Source of the DNA: Chiloscyllium plagiosum
Taxonomy: Eukaryota
Assembly: GCF_004010195.1 (NCBI RefSeq)
Contig: NC_057753.1
Coordinates: forward strand, 5,313,435 to 5,377,434
DNA: 64,000 nucleotides
Reading direction: 5' to 3'
The notes under the pieces are model-generated. The model was not told the DNA's origin, did no database searches, and was given only the letters and a program-made list of their open reading frames with translations. A program made the translations under genes and the position numbers. Of this stretch, positions 50,743-63,169 are shown piece after piece (within the stretch, counting starts at the first letter, position 1; each line of letters begins with the position of its first letter).

Positions 50743-51224
50743 TCTGCAGTTAAAAGTGACCATGGCTGATCATCCAACTCCGTACCCGTTGATCCCTTTG
50801 TAGTTAAATAACCAAGGTGAGAATTTGGATATGATTAAAATTTAAGGCTACTGCTAACTTTAGTTTGTGCGACTTCAGCTTGTGGATTTATCTCAAATCC
50901 GCAGTTTCTCTGATTTGGTGGGAGAAATCACATTCGGCTGTGCATATGAGCACTTCTGACTATATACAAAAAAGAAAAAGCAGGCACAACAGCTTTAGGT
51001 AGTAGGATGTGGACAGAGTCATTCTGTCCCTCTTGTGTGGCTATGTTTGTGCTCAGGCGTCATTGGATGAACATGAGGTGTCCACCAGTGCTCTCAATGT
51101 CTTTATAGAGAGGTGTGCACCAGAGTGGGTACAGTGGTTTATTTCCCCATCCAACTCCATTTTTAATTTAGCCCCTTCCTGTTCTCCCTATCCCCACTCT
51201 TCTTCATTCCCTGTAATAGGCTTT

Positions 51225-51515
51225 CATGGATTTTGAGAAAATTTGTAGCTCAGGTTAAGGTTCTGGATGTAGGTTTGCTCGCTGAGCTGGAAGGTTCATT
51301 TTCAGATGTTTTGTCACCCTACTAGGTAACATCTTCAGTGGGGATGGTTGGGTTGGTGATGTCATTTCCTGTGATGTCATTTCCCAAAGAAACCCAAACA
51401 TATAAATAGAAAGCAGGATTCATGAACCGGTGTTTCACCCAGAGGCCCACTGAAGATGTTACCTAGTAGGGTGACGAAACGACTGAACCTTCCAGCTCAG
51501 CGAGCAAACCTACAT
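51225..51515. mobile_element. PLE-derived inverted insert with decayed hammerhead pair
   Basis: TSD CTGTAATAGGCTTT at 51211-51224 and 51516-51529; CTGAAGA-TGTTACC-TAGTAG-GGTGAC-GAAAC at about 51450 mirrored at about 51305-51340. Confidence 0.8.
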
Positions 51516-51974
51516 CTGTAATAGGCTTTGCATGTAAACTTCTAATTGACTGCAGAGGTGATTATTGGAGGTGGTTAATAGGTAAAAATAGTGATTCGTT
51601 GGTGGGGAAGTCGATCGGTTGTGTGGGATAACACTTACGGATGTGGGAAAAGAAAGCAGATGCAACATCCTAATTGGCTGCAAGGGTGATGGTTAACAGT
51701 TAATATCAAAAAGAAAAGTAATGGTGATTTGGTGATGGAAAGGAAGACATGCAATTGTGTGTATTTCTGGACTGAAAAAATAACATTTCTGGATTTAAAA
51801 AAAAAAGCATTATGGATAAGTCGGCAGAATCGTCCATCCCGAGTTGAGACTAGCTCATCTACGCTACAAGTGGTGGCTGTATTTTGGTGTTAACTATACA
51901 GCATGTTCCTTTCCATTAGGCTTCCTAAATTATTACATTTTGGAGTTAGTGAGGTTTGTCTGTGTGAAGATTAA

Positions 51975-52335
51975 AGAACAATGAGAATTTACAGCCCAGG
52001 AACAGGCCCTTCGGCCCTCCAAGCCTGAGCCGATCCAAATCTACTGTCTAAACCTGTCACCCAATTCCTAAGCATCTGCATCCCTCTGCTCCCCAGCTAC
52101 TCATGCATCTGTCCAGACGCATCTTAAATGAATCTACTGTGCCTGCCTCTACCACCTCTGCTGGCAATGCATTCCAGACGCACCCTCTGCCGCGTGTATC
52201 CCCCTTGAACTTTCCACCTCTCACCTTGAAAGCATGATCTCTCATTATTGAATCCTTCACCCTGGGAAAAAGCTTGTCTCTATCCACCCTGTCTATACCC
52301 TTCATGATTTTGTAGACCTCAATCAGGTTCCTCCC
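51975..52335 (-). mobile_element. CR1 LINE 3' end
   Basis: MKGIDRVDRDKLFPRV...; same subfamily as 39415-39752. Confidence 0.9.
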
Positions 52336-52857
52336 TCAATCTCCTTTTTGCTAATGAACTTGTAAGCATTTCTGTAATCGTAATGAATGTTAAAAACAAA
52401 ACAGCAGAGAATTTTATGAGTGTAACCGATGTGCATTTGACTGTATTAGAAGATTTTATGATTTTATTTTGCTTCGGGTAGCACCGAAAGCTTGGAGAAA
52501 ACCCCTTTGTATTGGGCAATTTTCGCAGAAGTCTTGGCTGAAACTGGATGCAAAAAGCTGTCCCCAAAGAAGGAAATGTCCCAGAACTGTTAAGAAATAG
52601 TTACATCAATTTAAGAGTTTGGTTTCAATGCTCCAGACCATAAATATTTTGTTAAAACCCTGAACGGGATATTTGAAACTGAGGAAGTCTAAGCTCAGTG
52701 ATATGCAGGTTTCCCGAAAGAGTCTGTCAGATCCTGAAGATGGAGAATTAAGGCCACTGTTACATTAAGCCCAATGGCTATGATGGAGAAGGGAATTCTC
52801 CCTGGTATGAGTGCTGTAAAGGAATGCTGTTGGGATTATATATTATATATATAAATT

Positions 52858-53345
52858 ATTGCGACACGGCAGTGAATCCTTCTATTAATTAAATCAAAAC
52901 ACACAGAAAAGCTCACCTCATCTCGTAATCAGTTAAAGTAGTGATAGAGAACTCCCAGATTCCACTATTTAAGGAAATCCAATTCTGACTAGATTTGGTT
53001 GGGATATCTGGTCGGCATAGACGAGTTGGACAGAAGGGTCTCTATGACTCTATGAACATGAAACAACAACTATTCACCACTCTGAGCCCCCCACCCCCTT
53101 TCTTGAAACTGCTTATTACCTACCTCCAACTCTATAACAATATGTTGTTCCAATAAGACACTTCTTAAAATTACACCAATTTAATTTCAAAACCACATAG
53201 CGACTGTCATTTTCAATGTTTCTTCTTCGGGTTGATGATCTCCCTGGGTCGTCGTCTTTCTTTTTACTGCGAGTATGTTTCATATGAAAAGGTACCTTTG
53301 ATAGAGAATGTTTCCTAATTTCTTGAGTTTCTCTCTCGAAGGCAG
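52858..53345 (-). mobile_element. Partial LTR related to 40936-41652, with short CR1 tail inside
   Basis: GCGACACGG..., CCACTATTTAA, AGGTACCTTT shared with the solo LTR family. Confidence 0.55.
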
Positions 53346-53819
53346 TTGCTCACTAAGAACCTTCTCTCCCTTTCTCTCTCTCTTTCTTTATCTTCTAACT
53401 CCATTTGCCTCTATCGCAATTTAAGTTTCTATAACTCTCCTGCGCTTCTCTGTTTCTCTGATACACCTAAGTGCTTGACCAACGCCATTACAATTTCAGC
53501 TTTCCTTTTGACCCTGGTTCAACCCAATTCTAACCTATTTGCTCATTCTAAGAGTATGTCCTTCCTGTCTTTCTAAACTTACTTGGCAAATTTGAGGAGC
53601 ATCTTCAAACCCCAGAACCTCTTTAGCAATGTTAAGAGCCATTTCCCTCACTTTTAATTTAACCAATTAACTAAGATGAAACAAATTGTCTCGCCTACGT
53701 TTTATTTAAAGATCTCAGAGACTAGACGGCTGGGATCTTTTGTAACCCAAATCTGCTGGGATCTTTTGTAACCCAAATCTGTTCAAATCTCAGACTGGAT
53801 CTATTTAAACCTATCCAAA

Positions 53820-54098
53820 TGGGTAGCACAGTGGTTAGCACTGCTGCCTCACAACGCCAGAGATCTGGGTTCAATTCCTGCCTCAGGCAACTGTGTGGAT
53901 TTCCTCTGGGTGCTCCGCTTTCCTTCCACGGTCCAAAAATGTGCAGGTTAGGTGAATTGGCTATGCTAAATTGCCCATAGTGTTAGGTGAAGGGGTAACT
54001 GTAGGGGAATGGGTCTGGGTGGATTGCTCTTCGGAGGGTCGGTGTGGACTTGTTGGGCCGAAGGGCCTGTTTCCACACTATAAGTAATCTAATCTAAT
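53820..54098 (+). mobile_element. HE1-type SINE
   Basis: Head, tail GTAATCTAATCTAATC. Confidence 0.9.
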
Positions 54099-54929
54099 CA
54101 AATCTCACACCTGAGCCCGAAACTATTAAGTGATTCATAATCCCTCAGTTATATTATAGTTTGCTGTGTACTTTAATCCCTCATTTGCTGATAGCACAAG
54201 GGGAGTCTTTGTCCTATTTTATGTATCATATGAGAGTTGGTACCAGAGGACCAATAGTGATGCTGTGCCAACGATATCATCAAGATTTGACTTTCGTGCT
54301 TAAATCTCATTGTCTTTGTGTTACAGTTGCAAATACTTGTGTCAACCCTTTCAAGTGGTTGACATCCCAACCTTCAGGGAGTCACAACAGAGAGACAAAT
54401 CCCCATTCTTTGAATTCGATAATGGCCTTGGAATGTGACAGGAGTGAAAGTGCAGCTGACATCCTCATAAACTAGGCCACACCCTGATCTCACAATGTGG
54501 CTAGTAAGCCTTCTCAAGTTACTTTCACATGAAGTGGGGGTGGGGGCGGGACTGACTGGAACTATCCCTTTGCAATGCACTATTTTATTCTACAGGACTC
54601 GCAACCAATCATGGAGGTGCTCAACACAAACTGCCAAGCATAAGACTACCTTGTTGTATTACTGCTCTGAAAAGAGAAAGAGGGAGCGTTGTAAATGAGT
54701 CAACTGTATGCAGAATCTTATTGAGGGAGAATTCATTCTAAACAAGGACAAGTGTGTCACTGGGGAGAGCTTTGCAAAATCCACGTGAAAAGAAAATGTG
54801 GGTAAGGGTGTCGGTTGGGCGCAAAACTATGAGTTCAGTGTAAAAGTAGTTTACAGACATCGAAGGAGGTTGGTGGGAACCATTCACATGGGTTGGTACA
54901 CACAATTCAATACTTTAATGCTGAAGCCA

Positions 54930-57510
54930 GGGTAGGTGAGAGTGGGGGGAGGATTTTGGTGATATTTCAGTAAGATTTGAAGCAATGATTGATAAGGACA
55001 AAGATAGACCCAAAAACAAAGGATCTGAACAGAGAAAAGGGCAATTCTAATATGATAGGACAGGATCGGACAAAGGGGATTGGGAGCAGTCACTTGCAGG
55101 AAAATCCATACCAGAGCAGTTGGAGAGTCAGACTGCACGGTAAAGGTGAAGGATGGAAATAGACAACCCTGGATGTCAAGAGATGTATAAAGTTAAAAAT
55201 CGTACAATACCTGGTTATAGTGCAACAGGTTTATTTGGAAGTACTACCTTTCAAAGCGTTGCTCTTTCATCAGGTTCCCCTCCCCCCAACTTACCCCAGT
55301 TCCAACCTTCCAGCTCAGCACAGCCCTCATGACCTGTCCCATCTGTCCATCTTCCTTCCCACCTATCTGCACCACCCTTCCCTCCGACCTATCACTTCCA
55401 TCCACCTATTGCACACTCAGCTACCTTCTTCCCAGCCCCACACCCCCATTTATCTTTCCACCCCCAATGCTCCCAGCCTCATTCCTGATGAAGGGCTTTT
55501 GCCCGAAACATCGATTTTCCTGCTCCTTGGATGCTGCCTGATCTCCTGTGCTTTTCCAGCATTCCACTCTTGACTTCCAAATAAACCTGTTGGACTCTAA
55601 CCTGGTGTTGTGAGATTTTTAACTTTGTACACCCCGCCCCCACACTGGCATCTCCAAACTAAGAGATGCATAAGCAAGAGAAAGTTAAGCTTTAAGGCAG
55701 ACATCGAGAACTCAGAACAGTGGATGCCCTAGAGGAGTATAGAAAGTGTAAGGGATTATGTAAACCAGGGCAGCAAAGAGGGGACATGATTAAAAAAAAA
55801 CTAGGCCACATTAAGGAAAATGCAAAGCCTTTTCCTGTTCAATAATATATTAAGGGCAAGAGAATGATCAGGGAAAGAGAATGCATTAGGGACCAGATTG
55901 ACAATGTTTGGAGCTAGAGCTGAGATTTTAAATGACTCCCTTGCATCTTCTCACAGAAAAGGATGATTTAAGTATGGAATTCAGAGAAAGGGGGACTGTG
56001 ATATATTTGAACCAAGTAACATTGAGAGGGAAGAGCTTTTAGCAACTTTAGCAGGATTGAAAGTCGATAAATCCCCAGGCCTAGATAAGACGGATCTCAG
56101 GCTGGCGTAGGAGGCAAGAGAGGAGATTGCAGGGGCCCTGAAATTAATTTTGGCAACAGGAGGTGTGCCAGAGGACTGGGCAACAGTTATTGTGGTAGCA
56201 CTGTTCAAGGTTGGGATAACCCACAAAATTACAATCGGATAAAAGCAAAATACTGCAGGCGCTAGAGAACTGAAACAAAACAGAAAACACGGGAGAGAAA
56301 CAGCTAATGTTTCAAGTTTGGTATAACTTCTTCAGAAACTATCGGAAAAGGTTTTGAGGGACAGAATTAAACAAGGGAGTGCACACTGAATGCGTGTCCT
56401 CGGAATCACAGGGACCTCAATGCATAGATTCTGGAGGTCAGATAAGTAAGGTGCTTAAGAAGGCATATGAGAAATACTGTGTGTAATACAAATGATCATG
56501 CTAGAGGAAAGATGTGATTGCACTCGAGAGGGTAAGAAATGCTTCACCAAGAGGTTGCCTAGGTTGGAGCGATTCAGCTATGAAGACAGACTAGATAGGG
56601 GGAGGTTGTTTTCCTGAGAGCAAATAAGGCTGATGGTTTACCTGATAGGACATAGGACATAGAAGAATACAGCGCAGTACAGGCCCTTCGGCCCTCGATG
56701 TTGCGCCGATCCAAGCCCACCTAACCTACACTAGCCCACTATCCTCCATATACCTATCCAATGCCCGCTTAAATGCCCATAATGAGGAAGAGTCCACCAC
56801 TGCTACTGGCAGGGCATTCTTTTCTCCAATGAAAACAACCCCAAGTGCCTCAGCCTTTCCTCATACGATCTTTCTACCATACCAGGCAACATCCTGGTAA
56901 ACCTCCTCTGCACCCGAAATTGAAGAGTACAAAGTTCTGAGAGTCATAGGATAGACAGGGGGAAATTTCCCCTTACCAGAAAGGTCAACAGTTCTAAGGC
57001 AAGCAGCAGAAAGTTCACAGAGGATCTGATGAAAGATTTATTTTCAGTCAGAGAGAGTGGTGGGAATTCATGGTTTAAATGAATGAAAGAGGCAGAAACC
57101 CTCACATTGAAAAAGTGTTTAGATAGAGTCATAGAGATGTACAGCATGGAAACAGAGTGTATAAGTCCTGCTAAGATTTGCTTTCCCAAAATTTAGCACC
57201 TTGCATTTATCTGAATTAAACTCCATCTGCCACTTCTCAGCCCATTGGCCCATCTGGTCAAGTTCCTGTTGTAATCTGAGGTAACCCTCTTCGTTGTCCA
57301 CTACACCTCCAATTTTGGTGTCACCTGCAAACTTACTAACTGTACTTCTTACGCTCGCATCCAAATCATTTATGTAAATGGCAAAAAGTATGAGCACTTG
57401 AAAAGCCATAACATACAAAAGTTATGCATCAAGTGCTGGAAAACAGGATGAGAATGGGTAGGCGATGATTAGCATGAACATGATGAACTAAAGTGCCTCT
57501 TTCAGTGCGG
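54930..57510 (+). mobile_element. Old CR1 ORF2 remnant with nested PLE and CR1 pieces (56650-56915 -, 57125-57390 -)
   Basis: LKVDKSPG, REEIAGAL, GVPEDW motifs; inner VSKFAGDTKIGGVVD. Confidence 0.7.
55191..55660. mobile_element. Composite PLE-derived insert (two families)
   Basis: TSD AAGAGATG(T/C)ATAA at 55178-55190 and 55661-55673; family-2 inverted arms enclose a family-1 tail with core at 55481-55516. Confidence 0.75.
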
Positions 57511-58578
57511 TAAAACCCCTTGTCTCTCTCTCTTTCTTTATCACTGTTTTAAGCACTTCCAATGCGATGTTGTTGCTGTTGGGTTTGTGACACATCAAAC
57601 TTTGCTTCTTGCTTCTTGCTTCAGTAACACTTCATCTCTGCTGAGTAGGTCTCAATGGGATCATAAGGGATCATACGCAGAAACATCCAAACTTCATCAA
57701 TATTAACACTGATGTGTATTTAAAATAATATCAGTTGCAGCTGTGAAAAATATACATCAATAAATGGTTTCAGTAAGAATTAATCAGCACTAAGTGTAGA
57801 TGTTAAATCAGTTTTCAGATATTGAACTGAAGAATTTGCATTGAAATTCAATTTAGGATTGAAGTAAAAAGCTTGCAATTTTATTGCAAATAGAGTCCTG
57901 CTGTAAGTTCCTTAGTTAATGTGAAAATTCACAGACAGCGAAAAGGGACAGTGCAGCCCTGAAAAATCAATGATATATCCAGAATGTTACACTCAATCCA
58001 TCATAGGATGGGGCTTTGGCAGTCCTGATGAAGGGCTTTTGCCTGAAGCATCGATTTTCCTACTCCTAGGATGCTGCCTGACCTGCTGTGCTTTTCCAGC
58101 ACCACTCTAATCTCTAGCATCTGCAGCACCTACTTTTGCCTAGAAACATATTCCAACTGTGGGGACACAAAGTTCAACTATGGATGTTATTAACTGCAGA
58201 ATCCAAATCTTACAGTCACCCGTGTATTCACTGGGTGTCCAGGCAGATTCTTGTGACTGAATGAATCCCTTCCCACGCATAAGTGTTAGCTTCTTCCCAG
58301 TGTAAACTCACTGGTATGTACCAAGGGTGGATAACTGCCAGAAACTTTGTTAACGGAAGTGCAGTTCACAACTTCTATTCAGTGTGGCCTCGCTGGCTCG
58401 ATGAAGTAGCAAATCCCTTCCCACAAGTGAAGCAGGGGAGCAGCCTCTCACTGCTGTGAACACACTGGTGCCTTAATAGGCTGGTTGACTGAATAAATCC
58501 CATTCCAGAAACGGAGCAGGCAAATGGCTTCTCCCTGCTGTGAACTCGCTTGTGTATGCTGAGATTGAACTGACGTCT

Positions 58579-58705
58579 TTCCACAGGATATGCAGGGGAG
58601 TGGTCGCCCTACAGTGTGGGGTTCCACAGGATATGCAGGGGAGTGGTCGCCCTACAGTGCGGGGTTCCACAGGATATGCAGGGGAGTGGTCGCCCTACAG
58701 TGTGG
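58579..58705. repeat. 43-bp tandem repeat x3
   Basis: TTCCACAGGATATGCAGGGGAGTGGTCGCCCTACAGTG(T/C)GG starting at 58579, 58622, 58665. Confidence 0.95.
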
Positions 58706-59379
58706 ACCTGCCGGGTTCCGTGCGATTGGATGACTGCCTGAATCTATTTCCACAGAACCTGCAGCTGAAGGGCCTGTCCCCAGTATGAACTCCCTGGTGT
58801 GATGCGAGACAACTTGATCGAGTGAAACCTTTCCCACACACTGAGCAAGCGAATGGCCTCTCCTCAGTGTGAAGCTGCTGGTGTAACATGAGCCGACCCA
58901 ACTCAGTGAATCCCTTCCCACACATGGAGCAGGTGAATGGCCTCTCCCCAATGTGAATTCACTGGTGTTGCAGTGCATTGGATAACCGGGTGAATCCCTT
59001 TCCACACACAGAGCAGGTAAATGGCCTCTTCCAAGTGTGGACTTGCTGCGTAAAAGCCTGAAACGCTTCCCACAGGAAGCACAGCTGAAAGCCCTCTCTG
59101 CAGTATAAATCGCCTGGTGTAACATGAGGCCGCCTGATTAAGTAAATCCCTTCCCACACATAGAGCAAGTGAATGGGCTGTCCCCTGTGTGTGACTACAT
59201 CGATGAGTCTCCAGATGGATAATTGAAATCTTTATCACAGTCTTCATGTTTCCATGGTTTTTCTATGGTGCTGTTGTCCTTCTGTGAGTCCAGACTGGAT
59301 AATCAGTTAATGTCAAAACTGCACGTAGCCATGGACATTATCTCTTGCTGCTGTAACTTTTTCAGTCCGCATAACTAGC

Positions 59380-60037
59380 ATGGAAAATAAAGAATGTGAA
59401 AGCATGGAAGGGTTAAAGCATGAAGACCACTGGCATTCTGTGGTCTGTGGAAGGCCGGATGGGATAAGAATAGTGGGATGCTCTTACACCAATTCGCAGA
59501 GTAAGGTTAAGGCTGAAAGGTCACTATGGCGAGATAACACAAGTAATAAAGCAAGTTTCTCTGTTAAGTGTTATGATGACGGGATTGGGACCATAAATAT
59601 TTGTGACATGACATTAAAATATCCAATTAATAGTTAGTAGAGTCAGGAGACTATTGTAACAGATGGAATAGCTAAATATCTATCATGATAGGTTAGTCTG
59701 CAATTGAAGATCACTGTAGCACAGTTAGCAATAAATATCTAACCGTGACATTAGAATAGCATTAAATAGAATGTACAACTAAAGAGATAATGGGAACTAA
59801 CATCACGGGTTTATTGTGTAGCTAGAGTGAGGTACTTTGATTAATATAGTTGGACATGCTGATAAGCTGACAGAAACATGATTAAAAAAAAAATATAGAA
59901 ATCCACAGACCCTGAGGTTTGTGGGCATTCGAGAATCTGCTTTCTCAGTGTCACAGTTTTTTGTTTGCAAATAAAAGATCTACTTCTTGAAGAACTCTTT
60001 GCACCTCTTGGTGATTCTCTATATTTTCTCCACAACA
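59380..60037 (+). mobile_element. Probable solo LTR in the ZNF pseudogene
   Basis: AATAAA at about 59970, ends TTTTCTCCACAACA, interrupts ZNF leader; flanks CTAGC/CAAGC. Confidence 0.5.
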
Positions 60038-60347
60038 CAAGCTGAAACTCTTTCCACAATCATTGCACTGGAACACTGTCACTTGATTGTCTTTATCTTG
60101 GTGCTGTTCCAGTTACACTGATGTTTGAAACCTTTTCACAGAAACAGAATAGACAAGCATTTCTCTTCCTGCATTCAAACATTGATGATTTCCAGGTCCT
60201 GATGAAATCAAAAGTTTCACTTAGGACTTGACAAGAAGTTTGATTTGAACTTCCCATCTGAAAATCCTCCCCTACTAATATCCTGAAAGAGGGGTTTTTG
60301 AATTTACGTAACTCTTTAGCAGAAGCACAGAATAGAAATTCTGAACA

Positions 60348-60737
60348 GATGAACAGGCTGGGGCTGTTTTCCCTGGAGCGTCGGAGGATGAGGAGTGCCC
60401 TTATAGAGGTTTACAAAATTATGAGGGGCATGGATAGAGTAAATAGGCAAAGTCTTTTCCCGGGGGTTGGGGAGTCCTGACCTAGAGGGAGACCTACGGG
60501 ACAACTTTTTCATGCAGAGGGTGGTACGTGTATGGAATGAGCTGCCAGAGGATGTGGTGGAGGCTGATACAATTGCAACATTTAAGAGGCATTTGGATGG
60601 GTATATGAATAGGAAGGGTTTGGAGGGATATGGTCTGGGTGTTGGCAGGTGGGACTAGATTGGGTTGGGATATCTGTTCGGCCTGGACTGGTTGGACCGA
60701 AGGGTCTGTTTCCATGCTGTACATCTCTGACTCTATA
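60348..60737 (+). mobile_element. CR1/HER1 3' end
   Basis: NRLGLFSLERRRMR, NFFMQRVVRVWNELP, tail. Confidence 0.9.
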
Positions 60738-61104
60738 TGGGCATGTGTTTCAATGAAAGATCTTTTTAAACTGAAACAAAACTAAACATGCTCTATCAAG
60801 TCAGATTTTCAGTCGGAGAGTTCGGAAGCATAGAAAATGGAGCTTTGGCCCATTGAGTCTGATCTGTCCAAAAACAATTACCTAACTATTCTAATCTCAT
60901 TTTATAGCACTGACTGACGTATCCAGTAATAACATCTGGTGGCATCAAAACACATCAGCGACAACATTGCCAAGCAGATTTAATTTCAGGGACAGGCCAA
61001 ATAGGATGCAGAATTCGACATCTTAAAGAAAACAATTCTCAAGGTATGGAATTGCTTCCAAATTAAATGCTATGGCAGAAGCTGAACTTTTAGAGTGACC
61101 ACAC

Positions 61105-62552
61105 AGAGTCATAGAGATGTACAGCATGGAAACAGACCCTTCGGTCCAACCTGTCCATGCCAACCAGATATCCCAACCAAACCAGTCCCACCAGCCAGCA
61201 CCCGGCCTATATCCCTCCAAACCCTACCTATTCATATACCCATCCAAATGCCACTTAAATGTTGCAATTATACCAGCCTCCACCACATCCTCTGGCAGCT
61301 CATTCCATACTCGTACCACCCTCTGCGTGAAAAAGTTGCCCCTTAGGTCTCTTTTACATCTTTCCCCTCTCACACTGAATCTATGCCCTCTAGTTCTAAA
61401 CTCCATGACCCCAGGGAAAAGACTTTGCCTATTTACCCTATCCATGCCCCTCAATTTTGTAAACCTCTATAAGGTCACCCTGTGGCCTCCGACGCTCCAG
61501 GGAAAACAGCCCCAGCCTGTTCAACCTCTCCCTGTAGCTCAGATCTGCCAACCCTGGCAAAATCCTCGTAAATCTTTTCTGAACCCTTTCAAGTTTCACA
61601 ACATCTTTCCGATAGGAAGGGGACCAGAATTGCACGCGATATTCCAGTGGCCTAAACAATGACCTGTACAGCTGCAACATGACCTTCCAACTCTTGTACT
61701 CAATACGCTGACCAATAAAAGAAAGCATAACAAACGCCTTCTTCACTATCCTATCTAACTGCGACTCCACTTTCAAGGAGTTATGAACCTGCACTCCAAG
61801 GTCTCTTTGTTCAGCAACACTCCCTAGGACCTTACCATTANNNNNNNNNNNNNNNNNNNNNNNNNNNNNNNNNNNNNNNNNNNNNNNNNNNNNNNNNNNN
61901 NNNNNNNNNNNNNNNNNNNNNNNNNNNNNNNNNNNNNNNNNNNCAGGCCTCCGGTCTGAAAAACAACCCTCCACCACCACCCTCTGTCTTCTACCTTTGA
62001 GCCAGTTGTCTCCAAATGGCTAGTTCTCCCTGTATTTCGTGAGATCTAAACTTGCTAATCAGTCTTCTATGGGGAACCTTGTCGAACACCTTACTGAAGT
62101 CCATATAGATCACATCAATATGCCCTCAATCTTCTTTGTTACTTCTTCAAAAAACTCAATCAAGTTTGAGAGTCATGATCTCCCTCGCACAAAGCCATGT
62201 TGACTATCCCAAATCAGTCCTTGCCTTTCCAAATACATGTACATCCTGTCCCTCAGGATTCCCTCCAACAACTTGCCCACCACCGAAGTCAGGCTCACCG
62301 GTCTATAGTTCCCTGGCTTGTCTTTACCACCCTTCTTAAACAGTAGCACACGTTTTCCAACCTCCAGTCTTCCGGCACCTCACCTGTGACTATCGATGAT
62401 ACAAATATCTCAGCAAGAGGCCCAGCAATCACTTCTCTAGCTTCCCACAGAGTTCTCGGGTACATCTGATTAGGTCCTGGGGATTTATCTACCTGTAACT
62501 GTTTCAAGACATCCAACACTTCCTATTGTGTAATCTGGACATTTTGCAAGAT
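61105..62552 (-). mobile_element. CR1/HER1 LINE ORF2 fragment (with gap)
   Basis: VDKSPGPNQMYPRTLWEAR to 3' tail. Confidence 0.95.
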
Positions 62553-62582
62553 GGTTGAGTTTAGGAAAAAAGATAAAAAAAT

Positions 62583-63135
62583 CAACAACACCAGGTTATA
62601 GTCCAACTGCTTTATTTGGAAGTACTAGCTTTGAGAGCACTGCTCCTTCGTCAGGTGGCGAGTAGGGCAGGATCATAAAACACAGTATTTACAGCATAAG
62701 ATTATATGCTGTAACTTCTTTCAAATCACATTCCCAAGATAATTTAAGGTTTTATTAAAAAAAAGTGACATCTCAGCTCAGACATTGCATTAAAGGTGAG
62801 TCACTTTTCCAAAATAAAACCTTAGTTATCTCAGGAATATGACTTGAAAGAAGAAGATCTGCGATTTACATATTAATGAGCCGACAACTGCAACCCATCC
62901 TAAAAGATGGGAGACCCAACAGCAATCTAGGTGTGTTGATTATGTCATTTTAATTGCATGACACGATGATCTTGCCCTCTCAGTTCTGTGTCTTACGATC
63001 CTGCCCCACCAACTACCTGACGAAGGAGCAGCGCTCCGAAAGCTAGTACTTCCAAATAAACCTGTTGGACTGTAACCTGGCGTTGAGAGATTTTTAAAAA
63101 CTTTGTCCAGCCCAGGCCAAAAGCGGCACCTCCTC
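62583..63135. mobile_element. PLE-derived element with inverted arms
   Basis: CAACACCAGGTTATAGTCCAAC...CTCCTTCGTCAGGT...GGGCAGGATC mirrored at 62997-63085. Confidence 0.8.
63014..63048 (+). ncRNA. Minimal hammerhead ribozyme motif (second family)
   Basis: UAC-CUGACGA-A-GGAGC-AGC-GCUCC-GAAAG-CUA-GUA; stem I UAC/GUA, CUA triplet. Confidence 0.6.
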
Positions 63136-63169
63136 ATCATAATTTGGGAAAAGCAACGGGACATTGCCC

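Larger units (their letters stand above)
58216..60282 (-). pseudogene. C2H2 ZNF pseudogene
   Basis: Acceptor TCTTTCAG at 60283, conserved leader, frameshifted fingers ([23 protein letters not shown]), 43-bp triplication, LTR-like insert. Confidence 0.85.

Noticed and set aside
51449..51485. Third-family hammerhead as an active ribozyme (also 6728, 37420, 55481, 58024)
   Set aside because: Cleavage triplet, GAAA box, stem II or stem III pairing is mutated; treated as decayed copies.
53729..53781. 26-bp tandem duplication
   Set aside because: Isolated two-copy duplication in repeat-derived DNA; no sign of function.
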